From: Chitinophaga pinensis
Lineage (GTDB): Bacteria; Bacteroidota; Bacteroidia; Chitinophagales; UBA10324
Direction of reading: 5' to 3'
Length of the DNA: 64,000 nt
NCBI GenBank assembly: GCA_945903305.1
Contig: CAMDOA010000008.1
Location: forward strand, 1,041 to 65,040
This document shows, piece after piece, positions 50,246 to 59,153 of the stretch. Every line of letters starts with the position of its first letter. Position 1 is the stretch's first letter. The notes beneath the pieces were generated by a model. That model searched no databases and was not told the origin of the DNA. It saw only the letters and a program-made list of their open reading frames with translations. A program made the position numbers and the translations under genes.

Positions 50246-51475
50246 ATGCAAATAAAATTCATTTTCATTTTTATAATATTCCAGGCAGCCGTTTGCTCGG
50301 CTCAGGATACCTTGCAATTCATGAGTTATAATTTGCTCAACTATTATAGCAGCGCACAGGATTCGGCCACTCGCAATCCTTATTTCAGAGTAACGATAGC
50401 CGCTACTAACCCGGATATTATAACTGCACAGGAAATTGTTTCTGAAAGCAGTTCGCTCGGATTTTTGAATTCGGTTTTAAAAAAAGTGGATACAAATTAT
50501 CGTGCTGCTCCATATATACCGGGACCTGATACTAATAATTCGCTTTATTTTTTATCAAACAAGTACAGTTGTAACAGCAATGCAGCCATACACACTGCGC
50601 TTCGAGATATTAATCATTTCACCGTTGTGCATTTACAAACCAACGATACGGTTCATGTTTTTGTGGTTCATTTAAAATCAAGTTCCGGAACAGTAGAAGA
50701 AGCAACCAGATTGGCAGAGGTAAATGATTTACGATTAATTACCGATGCATTTCCAGCAGGAACATCATTTATTATTTGTGGTGATTTTAATATTTATAGT
50801 TCATCGGAGCCGGCTTATCAAAAACTTAAAGAGATTTCCGGAACCAATGAAGGACATGTAATTGACCCATTAAACTTAACCGGAGCCTGGAATAATTCCA
50901 GCTATGCACAATACCATACACAATCACCACGGACACGAAGTTTCGGGGGAGGTGTTACCGGTGGATTGGATGACCGATTCGATATGATTTTATTTTCGAA
51001 CAGCATAAATACAAACGGGCCTTTGCAATATATTCCTAACAGCACTATTGCTTATGGCAATGATGGAAACCATTTTAATGATTCAATTAATCAGCAACCA
51101 AACACAGCAGTTTCATTAACAGTAGCCAATGCATTGCATTATGGCGCCGATCATATTCCGGTGTTGGCGAAATTTGTTTTTGTGAATGGATGGGCGAATG
51201 GAAGCAATAATGAATTTGAGATTTTAGATTTCAGATTTCAGATTTTGCCAAATCCGGCCAGAGGTCAATTTATAGTTGAAAGTAAACTTTTAGCAGAGTG
51301 TAGAACTTCAAAAGAATCTACCCTTGTGATTTATGATTTGGTTGGAAAGAAAATTTTATCATCACAATTTATAGGCAAAAAAACTATTTCGCTTGAAACT
51401 ATTTCGGCCGGAATTTATTTCGTACAGATAATTGACGGAGAAAAAAGGGCAACCGGAAAATTAGTGGTGGAATAA
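50246..51475 (+). CDS. Secreted endonuclease/exonuclease/phosphatase (EEP) family protein with T9SS type A sorting domain
   Basis: SYNLLNY, TAQEI, CGDFNIYS, DRFDMILFS and GADHIPV match the EEP motifs. C-terminus LPNPARGQFIVES...GIYFVQIIDG...KLVVE. I place the start at ATG 50246, giving the signal peptide MQIKFIFIFIIFQAAVCSAQ. Confidence 0.85.
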   Translation: MQIKFIFIFIIFQAAVCSAQDTLQFMSYNLLNYYSSAQDSATRNPYFRVTIAATNPDIITAQEIVSESSSLGFLNSVLKKVDTNYRAAPYIPGPDTNNSLYFLSNKYSCNSNAAIHTALRDINHFTVVHLQTNDTVHVFVVHLKSSSGTVEEATRLAEVNDLRLITDAFPAGTSFIICGDFNIYSSSEPAYQKLKEISGTNEGHVIDPLNLTGAWNNSSYAQYHTQSPRTRSFGGGVTGGLDDRFDMILFSNSINTNGPLQYIPNSTIAYGNDGNHFNDSINQQPNTAVSLTVANALHYGADHIPVLAKFVFVNGWANGSNNEFEILDFRFQILPNPARGQFIVESKLLAECRTSKESTLVIYDLVGKKILSSQFIGKKTISLETISAGIYFVQIIDGEKRATGKLVVE

Positions 51476-51552
51476 CGACAAGTAATGAACTGAAATAGCC
51501 CAATGCTGATTTTTATTTAACAAGCAAGTCAATTATTTCAATAAAAAAATTA

Positions 51553-51873
51553 TCAAATTATTTTTCTGATTATTTTTTCAATCGCCCACATCACCAAAAA
51601 ATAAACCACAACAATTAAAGGGTAAAAAATAAAACTCAAAAACACATACCCATGATCCCGACCGGCTTCAGCACCAATTAGGTTATCAATTATTCCAAAT
51701 GAATTCATGTAAAACAGAAGACTTAAGAATGGAACAATCAAGCTGCCGATAATCAATGGCCACGAAATTTTTTTGTAAGTAATATTTTTTCGGAATTTAT
51801 AAATGAAAAATAAATGGAGCAGCGCGAGCAGAAAAGTAAAAATGCAGGTAAGGTTTTCAGGACCAATCAGCAT
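51553..51873 (-). CDS. Small three-TM membrane protein, or the C-terminal membrane anchor of the upstream gene if that gene is frameshifted
   Basis: ATG 51873 lies 4 nt after the upstream TAA (51878-51880). Encodes MLIGPENLTCIFTFLLALLHLFFIYKF... with three hydrophobic helices. The longer ORF-track version (to 52122) is out-of-frame overlap. Confidence 0.4.
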   Translation of the reverse strand: MLIGPENLTCIFTFLLALLHLFFIYKFRKNITYKKISWPLIIGSLIVPFLSLLFYMNSFGIIDNLIGAEAGRDHGYVFLSFIFYPLIVVVYFLVMWAIEKIIRKII

Positions 51874-51877
51874 TAAA

Positions 51878-52645
51878 TTAGGTTGCCAGTGAACTGACAG
51901 CTGGAACATAATTGATTTGAAAATAATTTGCCGGAAGTTTATCAAAATTCCAAGTGGCAACCGAACCCAATTTGCCTGAAGCCGGTTGGCTAAAGTTGGT
52001 GGTAATTGATTGATGAAATTGCGATGCATCAACCACCACTTCCAAGGAGCCAAATGACTTCCAGAATTTTGCAGGCGACAGGGAGTAGCGAAAACTATAT
52101 TCCTTAACCCAATCAGATACATCTAACCACACTTTAGCAATGTATTCAACTCGAATAGTGTGATTGCCCTTCGTTAAATCAGTTTCAAAATATTTTAAAT
52201 TGTTTAACTGATAAACAAATCCTGAATTTTCAGTCCAGTAAATTGTAACCGTTTCAGATTCATCGTTGTTTGACAGAGGCAAAAAAATGTCAGTAAATTT
52301 TGCAAATGGTGAATTTGCAACCGTGAGATATTGTAGAGGGATAGCTAAAACATTTACTTCTATTCCATCTACCCAAATTTTAAATTCTCCGGTAGAATCT
52401 AATGCATGAAACAGCAATGGAATTTGTCGGCCTTCTGTTTCTGTATTTAGAAAATATTCAATTTTATAAATAGCGGTTTTAAAATCTTTGTCAATTGTTA
52501 CATGAATTTTTTCGTTCAGAATATTAATATCTCTGCTCGAAAACGCCGAACTCGAAAATGTTCCTTCCGAAACCGGAGAAGCCATGTTTGCCATACAAAA
52601 TTTTCCGGCTAATAAAAAAACCAGAAGATGCAGGAATCGTTTCAT
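51878..52645 (-). CDS. Hypothetical secreted protein
   Basis: ATG 52645 gives the signal peptide MKRFLHLLVFLLAGKFCMA. Beta-rich with no recognised catalytic motif. Confidence 0.55.
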   Translation of the reverse strand: MKRFLHLLVFLLAGKFCMANMASPVSEGTFSSSAFSSRDINILNEKIHVTIDKDFKTAIYKIEYFLNTETEGRQIPLLFHALDSTGEFKIWVDGIEVNVLAIPLQYLTVANSPFAKFTDIFLPLSNNDESETVTIYWTENSGFVYQLNNLKYFETDLTKGNHTIRVEYIAKVWLDVSDWVKEYSFRYSLSPAKFWKSFGSLEVVVDASQFHQSITTNFSQPASGKLGSVATWNFDKLPANYFQINYVPAVSSLAT

Positions 52646-52700
52646 AAAAAAACTAAAAAAAATAATCAGTCTCAAAAAAAAGGTTCTTGACTTTCAATTG

Positions 52701-53384
52701 CTATTTGAATTTTATAATTTGAATTTCTTTACCAAAATCATTTGCATCAGACCCAACATCACCGCTTTGTTTTACAATTATTGCATCAAAATCCAGCGAT
52801 TTATCTTTTGCAATATTCACCGCCTTTTCACAAAAAGAGTTGATGCGCACTTTGTATGGATCGCCGGCATTGTTTGCCACTCCTAATCCCGATTGCCCCA
52901 ATGCGCTTTTCTCAAATGTATCGAGCACATCGTATGGTTTGTTTGGTATGGAAGCGAAATAGACATACTTGGTTCCGGTTTTTTTTGTGTTGTAGATGTA
53001 AGGATATGAAGCTCCGTTTCCTGCCAGGCTTCCCAATCCGTTATTAAACTTTACAAATTCCATTTGCTTGTATTGCCCGTAAACAATTACACCATCAAAC
53101 TTTTCCATCTTGCCTTTCGCTTCTTTTTTTATTGCTTCATCAATGGTGAAGGTTATTTGCGCGGTCATTATAAAAACTTTATCGTCCGGTTTTGCTTCAT
53201 CAATTACAGTATATGCCTCTACCGGTGTGGTCATTATAAAAACAATTTTATTTTTATAAAGACTGGTAGTGCCATCCGGACCATTTGGTAATTCATCGCC
53301 GGGTTTTGAAATGGAATAAATAAATGTCGAAGAGAAAAACACAATTAGTATTAAAGTAAGTTGACGCAGAATATTTTTTTTCAT
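52701..53384 (-). CDS. Hypothetical secreted protein with an internal two-fold domain duplication
   Basis: 227 aa. Signal/anchor MKKNILRQLTLILIVFFSSTFIYS. The two halves align by eye (KIVFIMTTPVEAYTVID...FDGVIVYGQ...MEFVKF vs KYVYFASIPNKPYDVLD...FDAIIVKQS...IQIIKF). Confidence 0.6.
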   Translation of the reverse strand: MKKNILRQLTLILIVFFSSTFIYSISKPGDELPNGPDGTTSLYKNKIVFIMTTPVEAYTVIDEAKPDDKVFIMTAQITFTIDEAIKKEAKGKMEKFDGVIVYGQYKQMEFVKFNNGLGSLAGNGASYPYIYNTKKTGTKYVYFASIPNKPYDVLDTFEKSALGQSGLGVANNAGDPYKVRINSFCEKAVNIAKDKSLDFDAIIVKQSGDVGSDANDFGKEIQIIKFK

Positions 53385-53710
53385 GGTTTGGGATTTAGTG
53401 GATGTAAGGTAAAAAAATATCCAATTAATTATAATTATATATGTTATTTATTGATTGTGCTGTTTCAATAAATAATTATTCATACCGCTGAAAAGTATAG
53501 CTGAATAAATAATTATAAGAATTCAATTGAAGTTTTATTGGCTTGTGCCTTTACTACAATGAAAACCCCTGATTTATTTAAGGAAAAAATTAAAAACACA
53601 AATTCAGTTTATGGAATTTCAAAGAGTTCTGTATCTCAATGAAAATAAAATTCAAAATCCATGAACTTGCAGAAGGCAAATCTTGAATTCAAAAACTAAA
53701 ACTAAACCCG

Positions 53711-55405
53711 ATGAAAAAAACGAAACTCACTTACCTGATTTTATTGTGCTGCAACATGGCATTCGCACAGGCACCGAAAATCATTGCTTCAAAACCTGAC
53801 AAGGCCACCGTGTATTTCAGCGGTGCGCAGATGTATTATTCTGAAAATGTAAATCTGAGCGCCGGAACAACTGAGCTGGCATTTACAGGCGTTTCGCCTT
53901 ACATTGACCAGAGCACCATTATAGCAGGCGGCAAGGGCGACTTCACTATTCTGGATGCGCAGTTCAATACGCGCTATCCTGAAAACATGGAAACAAAACC
54001 TGATAATCCTTTATTGTTAAAGTACAAAAAAGCAATTAAAATGAAGCAAGACAGCTCATATGAATTGAATTATCAGTTGATGCTTATACAAGCAAATAAA
54101 GAAGCACTGATTATTGAAAAAGGGTTTTTGCAAAGCAATCCGATTATCCGCGGCACATCAAAGCGAGATAGTTTAGTGCTAATGAAAGATGCCATTGAAT
54201 ATTACAGACAGCGACAAGGAAACATTGATGCCGAATGGGTCAAGTTCACTCGAGAGCAAGATAAACTCACTGCAATAAAAACACAACTGGAAACCGGCAT
54301 TGCAGAAATTAATCAACTCATCAGCAAAGTGAACAGCGGAGTTCCTGATGATGATGCAAAACCAGTGTACGAAATCATTTTGACAATAAATGCCGATGCA
54401 GCTACTGCTGCTACCATTGAATTCAATTATTACTCTGCCAATGCTTCGTGGATTCCGGAGTATGATTTGAAAGCATCTTCCAGCGACAATACACTTCTCT
54501 TAATTCAAAAAGCAAAACTGGTACAGAACACTCAGGTGGACTGGAAGGATATTAAGCTTACGCTCAGCACCGGAAATCCTTCGCAGCGGAATATTAAGCC
54601 AACGCTTAATCCGTTATTCGTGCAGCTCGTGAATTATCAACAAGTAGAAATTATAAGTAAGAAGGATAATAATGAACTTCAATATGATGTACAGGGCTCT
54701 ACCGCAACATCCGGTGACGAAGTATGGAACCTTGACGACCTGAAACTAATGGATGCAAAAAACAGCTCGTACTACACTGCCATTACCACCAACATGGTGC
54801 AGGTGGAATATGCCATCTCGCTCGATTATAATATTCCATCAGATGGTAAGCCGCACACCATAGCCATACAGCGTAAAACCATGAATTCAATTTTTGAATA
54901 CTACTGTGTGCCCAAGTTGGATAAAGATGCTTTTCTGCAGGCGCGCATTGTGGATTGGGAAGACATGAATCTGATAAATGGTCAGGCGAAAATTTATTTC
55001 GATAATTCGTTTGTCGGAAAATCATCCTTAAACCCGAACGATATGGACGATACACTCAACATTGATTTGGGGCGCGACAAAACCATTTTAGTTGAGCGCA
55101 AATTGCTGAAGGAAAAAAGTAAAACCGGATTTGTGGATGGTGTTAAAACTGTGACACGCAGTTACACAATTTCCCTGCGCAACACAAAGGCCACAGATAT
55201 TAATTTTGTTTTGCTAGATCAGATTCCACTCAGCACACGAAAAGATATTGTGGCAACTGCCGACGAAATTGGCGGCGCCAAACTGGAAGATGCAACAGGC
55301 GCGCTCACCTGGAATCTGAAACTAAAATCGAAAGAAACCAAGGTGGTAAAGTTTACTTACACTGTAAAATATCCCGGCAGTTTACAGATTAATCCGCTGA
55401 TATAG
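53711..55405 (+). CDS. DUF4140/DUF4139 (mucoidy-inhibitor MuiA-like) family protein
   Basis: 564 aa. Signal peptide. N-terminal KATVYFSGAQMYYSENVNLSAGTTELAFTGVSPYIDQSTI pattern and a central coiled coil. C-terminal part with LNIDLGRDKTILVERK...VLLDQIPLS is typical of DUF4139. Confidence 0.8.
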   Translation: MKKTKLTYLILLCCNMAFAQAPKIIASKPDKATVYFSGAQMYYSENVNLSAGTTELAFTGVSPYIDQSTIIAGGKGDFTILDAQFNTRYPENMETKPDNPLLLKYKKAIKMKQDSSYELNYQLMLIQANKEALIIEKGFLQSNPIIRGTSKRDSLVLMKDAIEYYRQRQGNIDAEWVKFTREQDKLTAIKTQLETGIAEINQLISKVNSGVPDDDAKPVYEIILTINADAATAATIEFNYYSANASWIPEYDLKASSSDNTLLLIQKAKLVQNTQVDWKDIKLTLSTGNPSQRNIKPTLNPLFVQLVNYQQVEIISKKDNNELQYDVQGSTATSGDEVWNLDDLKLMDAKNSSYYTAITTNMVQVEYAISLDYNIPSDGKPHTIAIQRKTMNSIFEYYCVPKLDKDAFLQARIVDWEDMNLINGQAKIYFDNSFVGKSSLNPNDMDDTLNIDLGRDKTILVERKLLKEKSKTGFVDGVKTVTRSYTISLRNTKATDINFVLLDQIPLSTRKDIVATADEIGGAKLEDATGALTWNLKLKSKETKVVKFTYTVKYPGSLQINPLI

Positions 55406-55425
55406 AAATTATCAAACGATAAATT

Positions 55426-55461
55426 AGAGCGAACTTGTTTTAACAAAAACAAGTTCGCTCT
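55426..55461 (+). terminator. Hairpin terminator candidate after the DUF4139 gene
   Basis: Perfect 16-bp stem agagcgaacttgtttt / aaaacaagttcgctct with loop aaca. The downstream T-tract is weak (aattattta). Confidence 0.7.
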
Positions 55462-55583
55462 AATTATTTATGATAAGCAATTATAGATTTCTCTTTTTTT
55501 GTTTGTCATACAATTGTAATTCTATTCATAATTATTCTTCCTTTTATAAGCTCTTATTATCATTACAAAAAACACTTGCCATC

Positions 55584-56882
55584 ATGAAAAAATATTTATC
55601 CACTTTTTCGGGTTTAATTATTTCACTCTCCTTTTTTTATTCAGAATCGAAAGCTACCTCACAAGTAGTTACGATTGCAAATTTCCAGTTTACCCCAACA
55701 AATTTCACTATCGATCTTGGCGACACAGTTTTGTTTTCATGGATCAGCGGAAGCCACACAACCACCAGCACCAGCGTTCCCGGCGGTGCTGTTTCCTGGA
55801 GCCAATCAATAAATTCAACATCTACCTCATTTATTTATGTGCCGCTTGTAGCAGGTACCTACAATTATCAATGCGCAATTCATACCAGCATGATTGGGCA
55901 ATTTACAGTTGTGCAATGTGTGCCGCCTGATTATTCCAATGCCATTGCTGTAAATATCAGTGCATGTGATAGCCCGTTTGTGATGGACGCTACCAATCCA
56001 ATTGCAACAAATTATCAATGGATATATAATGGCAATTCTATCTCCGGTGCAACCAACGCTAGCTATTTGGCAATTAATGCGGGCAGTTATGCAACCATAG
56101 TTTCAAACAGTTGCGGGGTTGATACAACACCAACTAATGGTTTAGCATTTATTCCGAAACCAACCATAGCTATTGAGGCATCAAATGATACAATATGTAG
56201 TGGTCAATCAATAACTTTTATTGGAACAGGAGGGCTTACTTATTCCTGGTGGCCCACGAATGTTTTTCCGGTTACGGTTAATGGTGATACTGCTACTTCC
56301 AACCCTACATTTTCAACTGAAGTGGTTGTGCTTGGAACCAGTTTTAACGGATGCAGTAATTCTGATTCAGTGAAAATTACGGTGCTTGATAATCCTCAAG
56401 CCGAATTTTCATTTACACAAAACGGAAATACAGTTACAACAAGTAACACTTCCTTCGGAGCAGCCATTTATGATTGGAATTTCGGCGATGGCTTTACAAC
56501 CAACAACCCAACCCCATCGCACACTTATACAACCACCGGAGTTTTCACCATTCAGTTAATTGCCACCAATGCAGAGGGATGTACTGATACTTTTGAAATG
56601 GTGGTTGACCTAACCTCCGGAATTTCAGAATCACAGAATGAACAATCAATATTAATTTCTGTTGATGCTTCGAATCATAAAATTATTTTAAGTTCGAACG
56701 AAAATATTAATTCCTCTTCCGTTAATCTTTTTGATATTTCAGGGAGAATTTTACCGGTAAATGTGAAACAGAATTCGTTCAACTCCATTTCATTATCAAC
56801 GCAACATTTAGTAAGCGGAGTTTATTTTGTTGAAGTTTTAACTGCTGAAACTCGGTTTATTAAAAAGGTAATTATAAATTAG
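55584..56882 (+). CDS. Cupredoxin (type-1 copper, amicyanin-like loop) + Ig-like + PKD domain protein with T9SS type A sorting domain
   Basis: Candidate copper ligands are GSHTT (His) and YQCAIHTSMIG (Cys-x2-His-x2-Met). PKD pattern YDWNFGDG...PSHTY. C-terminus SGVYFVEVLTAETRFIKKVIIN. I place the start at ATG 55584. Confidence 0.8.
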   Translation: MKKYLSTFSGLIISLSFFYSESKATSQVVTIANFQFTPTNFTIDLGDTVLFSWISGSHTTTSTSVPGGAVSWSQSINSTSTSFIYVPLVAGTYNYQCAIHTSMIGQFTVVQCVPPDYSNAIAVNISACDSPFVMDATNPIATNYQWIYNGNSISGATNASYLAINAGSYATIVSNSCGVDTTPTNGLAFIPKPTIAIEASNDTICSGQSITFIGTGGLTYSWWPTNVFPVTVNGDTATSNPTFSTEVVVLGTSFNGCSNSDSVKITVLDNPQAEFSFTQNGNTVTTSNTSFGAAIYDWNFGDGFTTNNPTPSHTYTTTGVFTIQLIATNAEGCTDTFEMVVDLTSGISESQNEQSILISVDASNHKIILSSNENINSSSVNLFDISGRILPVNVKQNSFNSISLSTQHLVSGVYFVEVLTAETRFIKKVIIN

Positions 56883-56935
56883 ATTGAAGTCTGAAATTTT
56901 CTGAATTATTTTTATTGACTAAAAAAAAGTAATTC

Positions 56936-58120
56936 ATGAAAAAATCAACATTGATTTTATTCGGCATAATGGCACTTCAATCTCATTTGTATGGGCAAAG
57001 CTGGGTTGCCATGGCCAACATTCCGGTTACATTAACATTTCCTGTAGTGGTTTCACTTAGTGGAGAAATTCACATGATAGGTGGCGGGGCGGCATCAGGC
57101 GCTACTGATATTCATATTCGATACACACCTGTAACAAATACCTGGGACACGCTGGCGCCGGTTCCTTATCTTGCTCAGCAACCAGCCGGTGCAGTACTCA
57201 ATGGAAAAATTCATTACTTCGGGGGTGGCTATCCAAATTCGGGCACACCGCTCGATAAACATTTTGTTTTTGACCCAACGAGTAACACATGGGATTCTGC
57301 CGCATTTCTTCCACAGCCAAGGGTAATTATGGAAGCAGCAGCGCTCAACGGAAAACTTTATGCAATTGGTGGTCAACCCGATAAAACATTGTTTCAGGAA
57401 TACGACCCTGCATCTGACACCTGGACTACAAAAAATCCATTGCCCGATCAGAATTTCTGGTACTCAACCATTGCCATAAACAATGGTGAAATGTATCGGT
57501 TTGGTGGTGGCGGATATGTTTCGCCAGTAGATTTTATTCATCAATACAATGCCGTAAATGATTCGTGGAATTTGATTGGGGCAATACCGGCCACTGTCCA
57601 TGCCATTGCCGGAGCATCAATAAATAATCAGGTAATTCTTAGCGGTGGATATCATTCTGTAAGTCTCGATAGTACCTGGTTATTTAATGTCAGCAATCAA
57701 AATATAATTTCAGGAGCCCAGCTACCGGTTGCCAGGTCGTATCATGAGATGGTGACTATTGACAGTTGCGTTTATTCAGTTGGTGGCGATAACATTTCAG
57801 TACCCGCAGTTAAAACTTCGCTGCTCCGTTATTGCCCCGGAGCAAATGTTGCAATTCAATCGATTGCGGATTCAGAAATATTTAAGGTGATACAAAATCC
57901 TTACTCGGTACAGATAAAAATTTTAAACGAAAATGACTTTTCAAAAACAGCGGTTGAACTAATTGATGTAATGGGTCGAAAAATATTTTTGAAAAATGCG
58001 ATAGAAAGCGGAGCCGCACTTTTTGAATTTAATACCAGTCATCTGATAAACTCGGTTTATTTTGTACGAATAAATATTGACAACCAATTTTATACATTTA
58101 AAATTCCGGTGACTAATTAA
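56936..58120 (+). CDS. Kelch-repeat beta-propeller protein with T9SS type A sorting domain
   Basis: 394 aa. Signal peptide. Repeated ...G(K/E)I(H/Y).(I/F)GG... blades with W in each blade. C-terminus SVYFVRINIDNQFYTFKIPVTN. Confidence 0.8.
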   Translation: MKKSTLILFGIMALQSHLYGQSWVAMANIPVTLTFPVVVSLSGEIHMIGGGAASGATDIHIRYTPVTNTWDTLAPVPYLAQQPAGAVLNGKIHYFGGGYPNSGTPLDKHFVFDPTSNTWDSAAFLPQPRVIMEAAALNGKLYAIGGQPDKTLFQEYDPASDTWTTKNPLPDQNFWYSTIAINNGEMYRFGGGGYVSPVDFIHQYNAVNDSWNLIGAIPATVHAIAGASINNQVILSGGYHSVSLDSTWLFNVSNQNIISGAQLPVARSYHEMVTIDSCVYSVGGDNISVPAVKTSLLRYCPGANVAIQSIADSEIFKVIQNPYSVQIKILNENDFSKTAVELIDVMGRKIFLKNAIESGAALFEFNTSHLINSVYFVRINIDNQFYTFKIPVTN

Positions 58121-58249
58121 TAAAAATTTTTATGGTGAGTTTATGTTCCCGACTCATCAAATTTTTGCTTCCGGTAATTAATTTGAAATAATTATTACAA
58201 AATATTTTATTGAATTTTAATTTTATTATTGTGAAACAAAAAAACAATT

Positions 58250-58489
58250 TTGAGTGCTCGCGAAGAAATACTGAATGGCAAGCGCGATATATTAAATAAT
58301 CTGGCTGCAAAAAATTCAAATGTTGTTGACCAGCTTTTTGAAAATTATCGGGATTTTGCAAAAGCAAACTGGAATTATGCAGCCCAATCAGGTAAACAAA
58401 CAGCTGATGATTTGAAGAAAAAATTAACAGCGCAACAATACGCAGGAGCAATACAAAACAGGGTGTTAATGGTGGCCGGAATAAAATAG
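58250..58489 (+). CDS. Possible small hydrophilic protein (79 aa)
   Basis: Only ORF evidence: TTG start and helical, charged composition. The overlapping minus-strand ORF looks like noise. Confidence 0.3.
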   Translation: MSAREEILNGKRDILNNLAAKNSNVVDQLFENYRDFAKANWNYAAQSGKQTADDLKKKLTAQQYAGAIQNRVLMVAGIK

Positions 58490-58639
58490 TTCCTGCTGAT
58501 TTTTATGGTGTTGATTTCGACAACTAAAAATACGGTCTTGTGAAATTGTAAATGGGTTTGTTCAGCCAGAAAAATTTTATTTCGCTTCTGTTTTTTAAAA
58601 GAAATGTCATTGTAAATTTCTAAACTTAAAATAATTATT

Positions 58640-59014
58640 ATGAAACTAAGGAGCCTTTTACTGATAATGTTTTTATTAAATGCTTTTGCAATTTCAGCGT
58701 ATGCTCAAACCACTCTTCATGAAATTATTTCAACCAAGCCAAACCCTGAAAAGAAACTGCTGATTGTTGAAGCATCGTGCGGTCAATGCCATTTCGGGTT
58801 GCCGGGTAAGGGTTGCAATCTTGCAGTGCGTATTGACAGCATTGCATACTTTGTTGATGGAACTGATATTGACTCGCATGGCGATTCACATGCGAAAGAT
58901 GGTTTTTGTGAATCAATCAGAACTGCCGAAGTACAAGGCGAATTAATTAATAATCGGTTTCAGGTTTCGTATTTTAAATTATTGAAGAAATCAGGAAATA
59001 AAAAAGTCAACTAA
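58640..59014 (+). CDS. Small secreted Cys/His-rich protein (DUF6370-like, tentative)
   Basis: 124 aa. Signal peptide ending AYAQ. EASCGQCHFGLPGKGCNLAVRI...DSHGDSHAKDGFCE suggests metal or redox site residues. Confidence 0.55.
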   Translation: MKLRSLLLIMFLLNAFAISAYAQTTLHEIISTKPNPEKKLLIVEASCGQCHFGLPGKGCNLAVRIDSIAYFVDGTDIDSHGDSHAKDGFCESIRTAEVQGELINNRFQVSYFKLLKKSGNKKVN

Positions 59015-59153
59015 TACCGATACTCATTATAAAATGGACCAAAGCCCCTCTCCTTTTCGGAGAGGGGTTAGGGGTGAGGAGAAAATAAAAAGACTGTTTT
59101 ATATTGGCTAATGGTATAAAAAATAACAGACTAATTTATAATGAGTATTGGTA
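59015..59153. repeat. 139-bp MITE-like element bounded by inverted repeats, containing a GC-rich hairpin
   Basis: Terminal inverted repeats are taccgatactcattataaa (59015-59033) and tttataatgagtattggta (59135-59153), with 18 of 19 positions complementary. TAA sits directly outside both ends (59012-59014 and 59154-59156). Internal 9-bp GC-rich stem cccctctcc / ggagagggg at 59045-59067. Confidence 0.7.

Noticed and set aside
51874-52122. The upstream part of the 189-aa ORF 51553-52122, as a real overlapping gene.
   Set aside because: It is out of frame with and fully inside the 3' end of the better-supported secreted-protein ORF. Only the part from ATG 51873 onward has membrane-protein character.
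53559-53642. A 27-codon ORF (MKTPDLFKEKIKNTNSVYGISKSSVSQ) in the 326-nt intergenic region upstream of the DUF4139 gene.
   Set aside because: It has no signal peptide or motif, no supporting context and an AT-rich composition. It cannot be distinguished from chance.
58113-58451. The 112-aa minus-strand ORF overlapping the small plus-strand ORF.
   Set aside because: The composition is junk-like, rich in Leu, Phe, Ile, Asn and Cys. It begins inside the region just past the Kelch gene and has no motifs.
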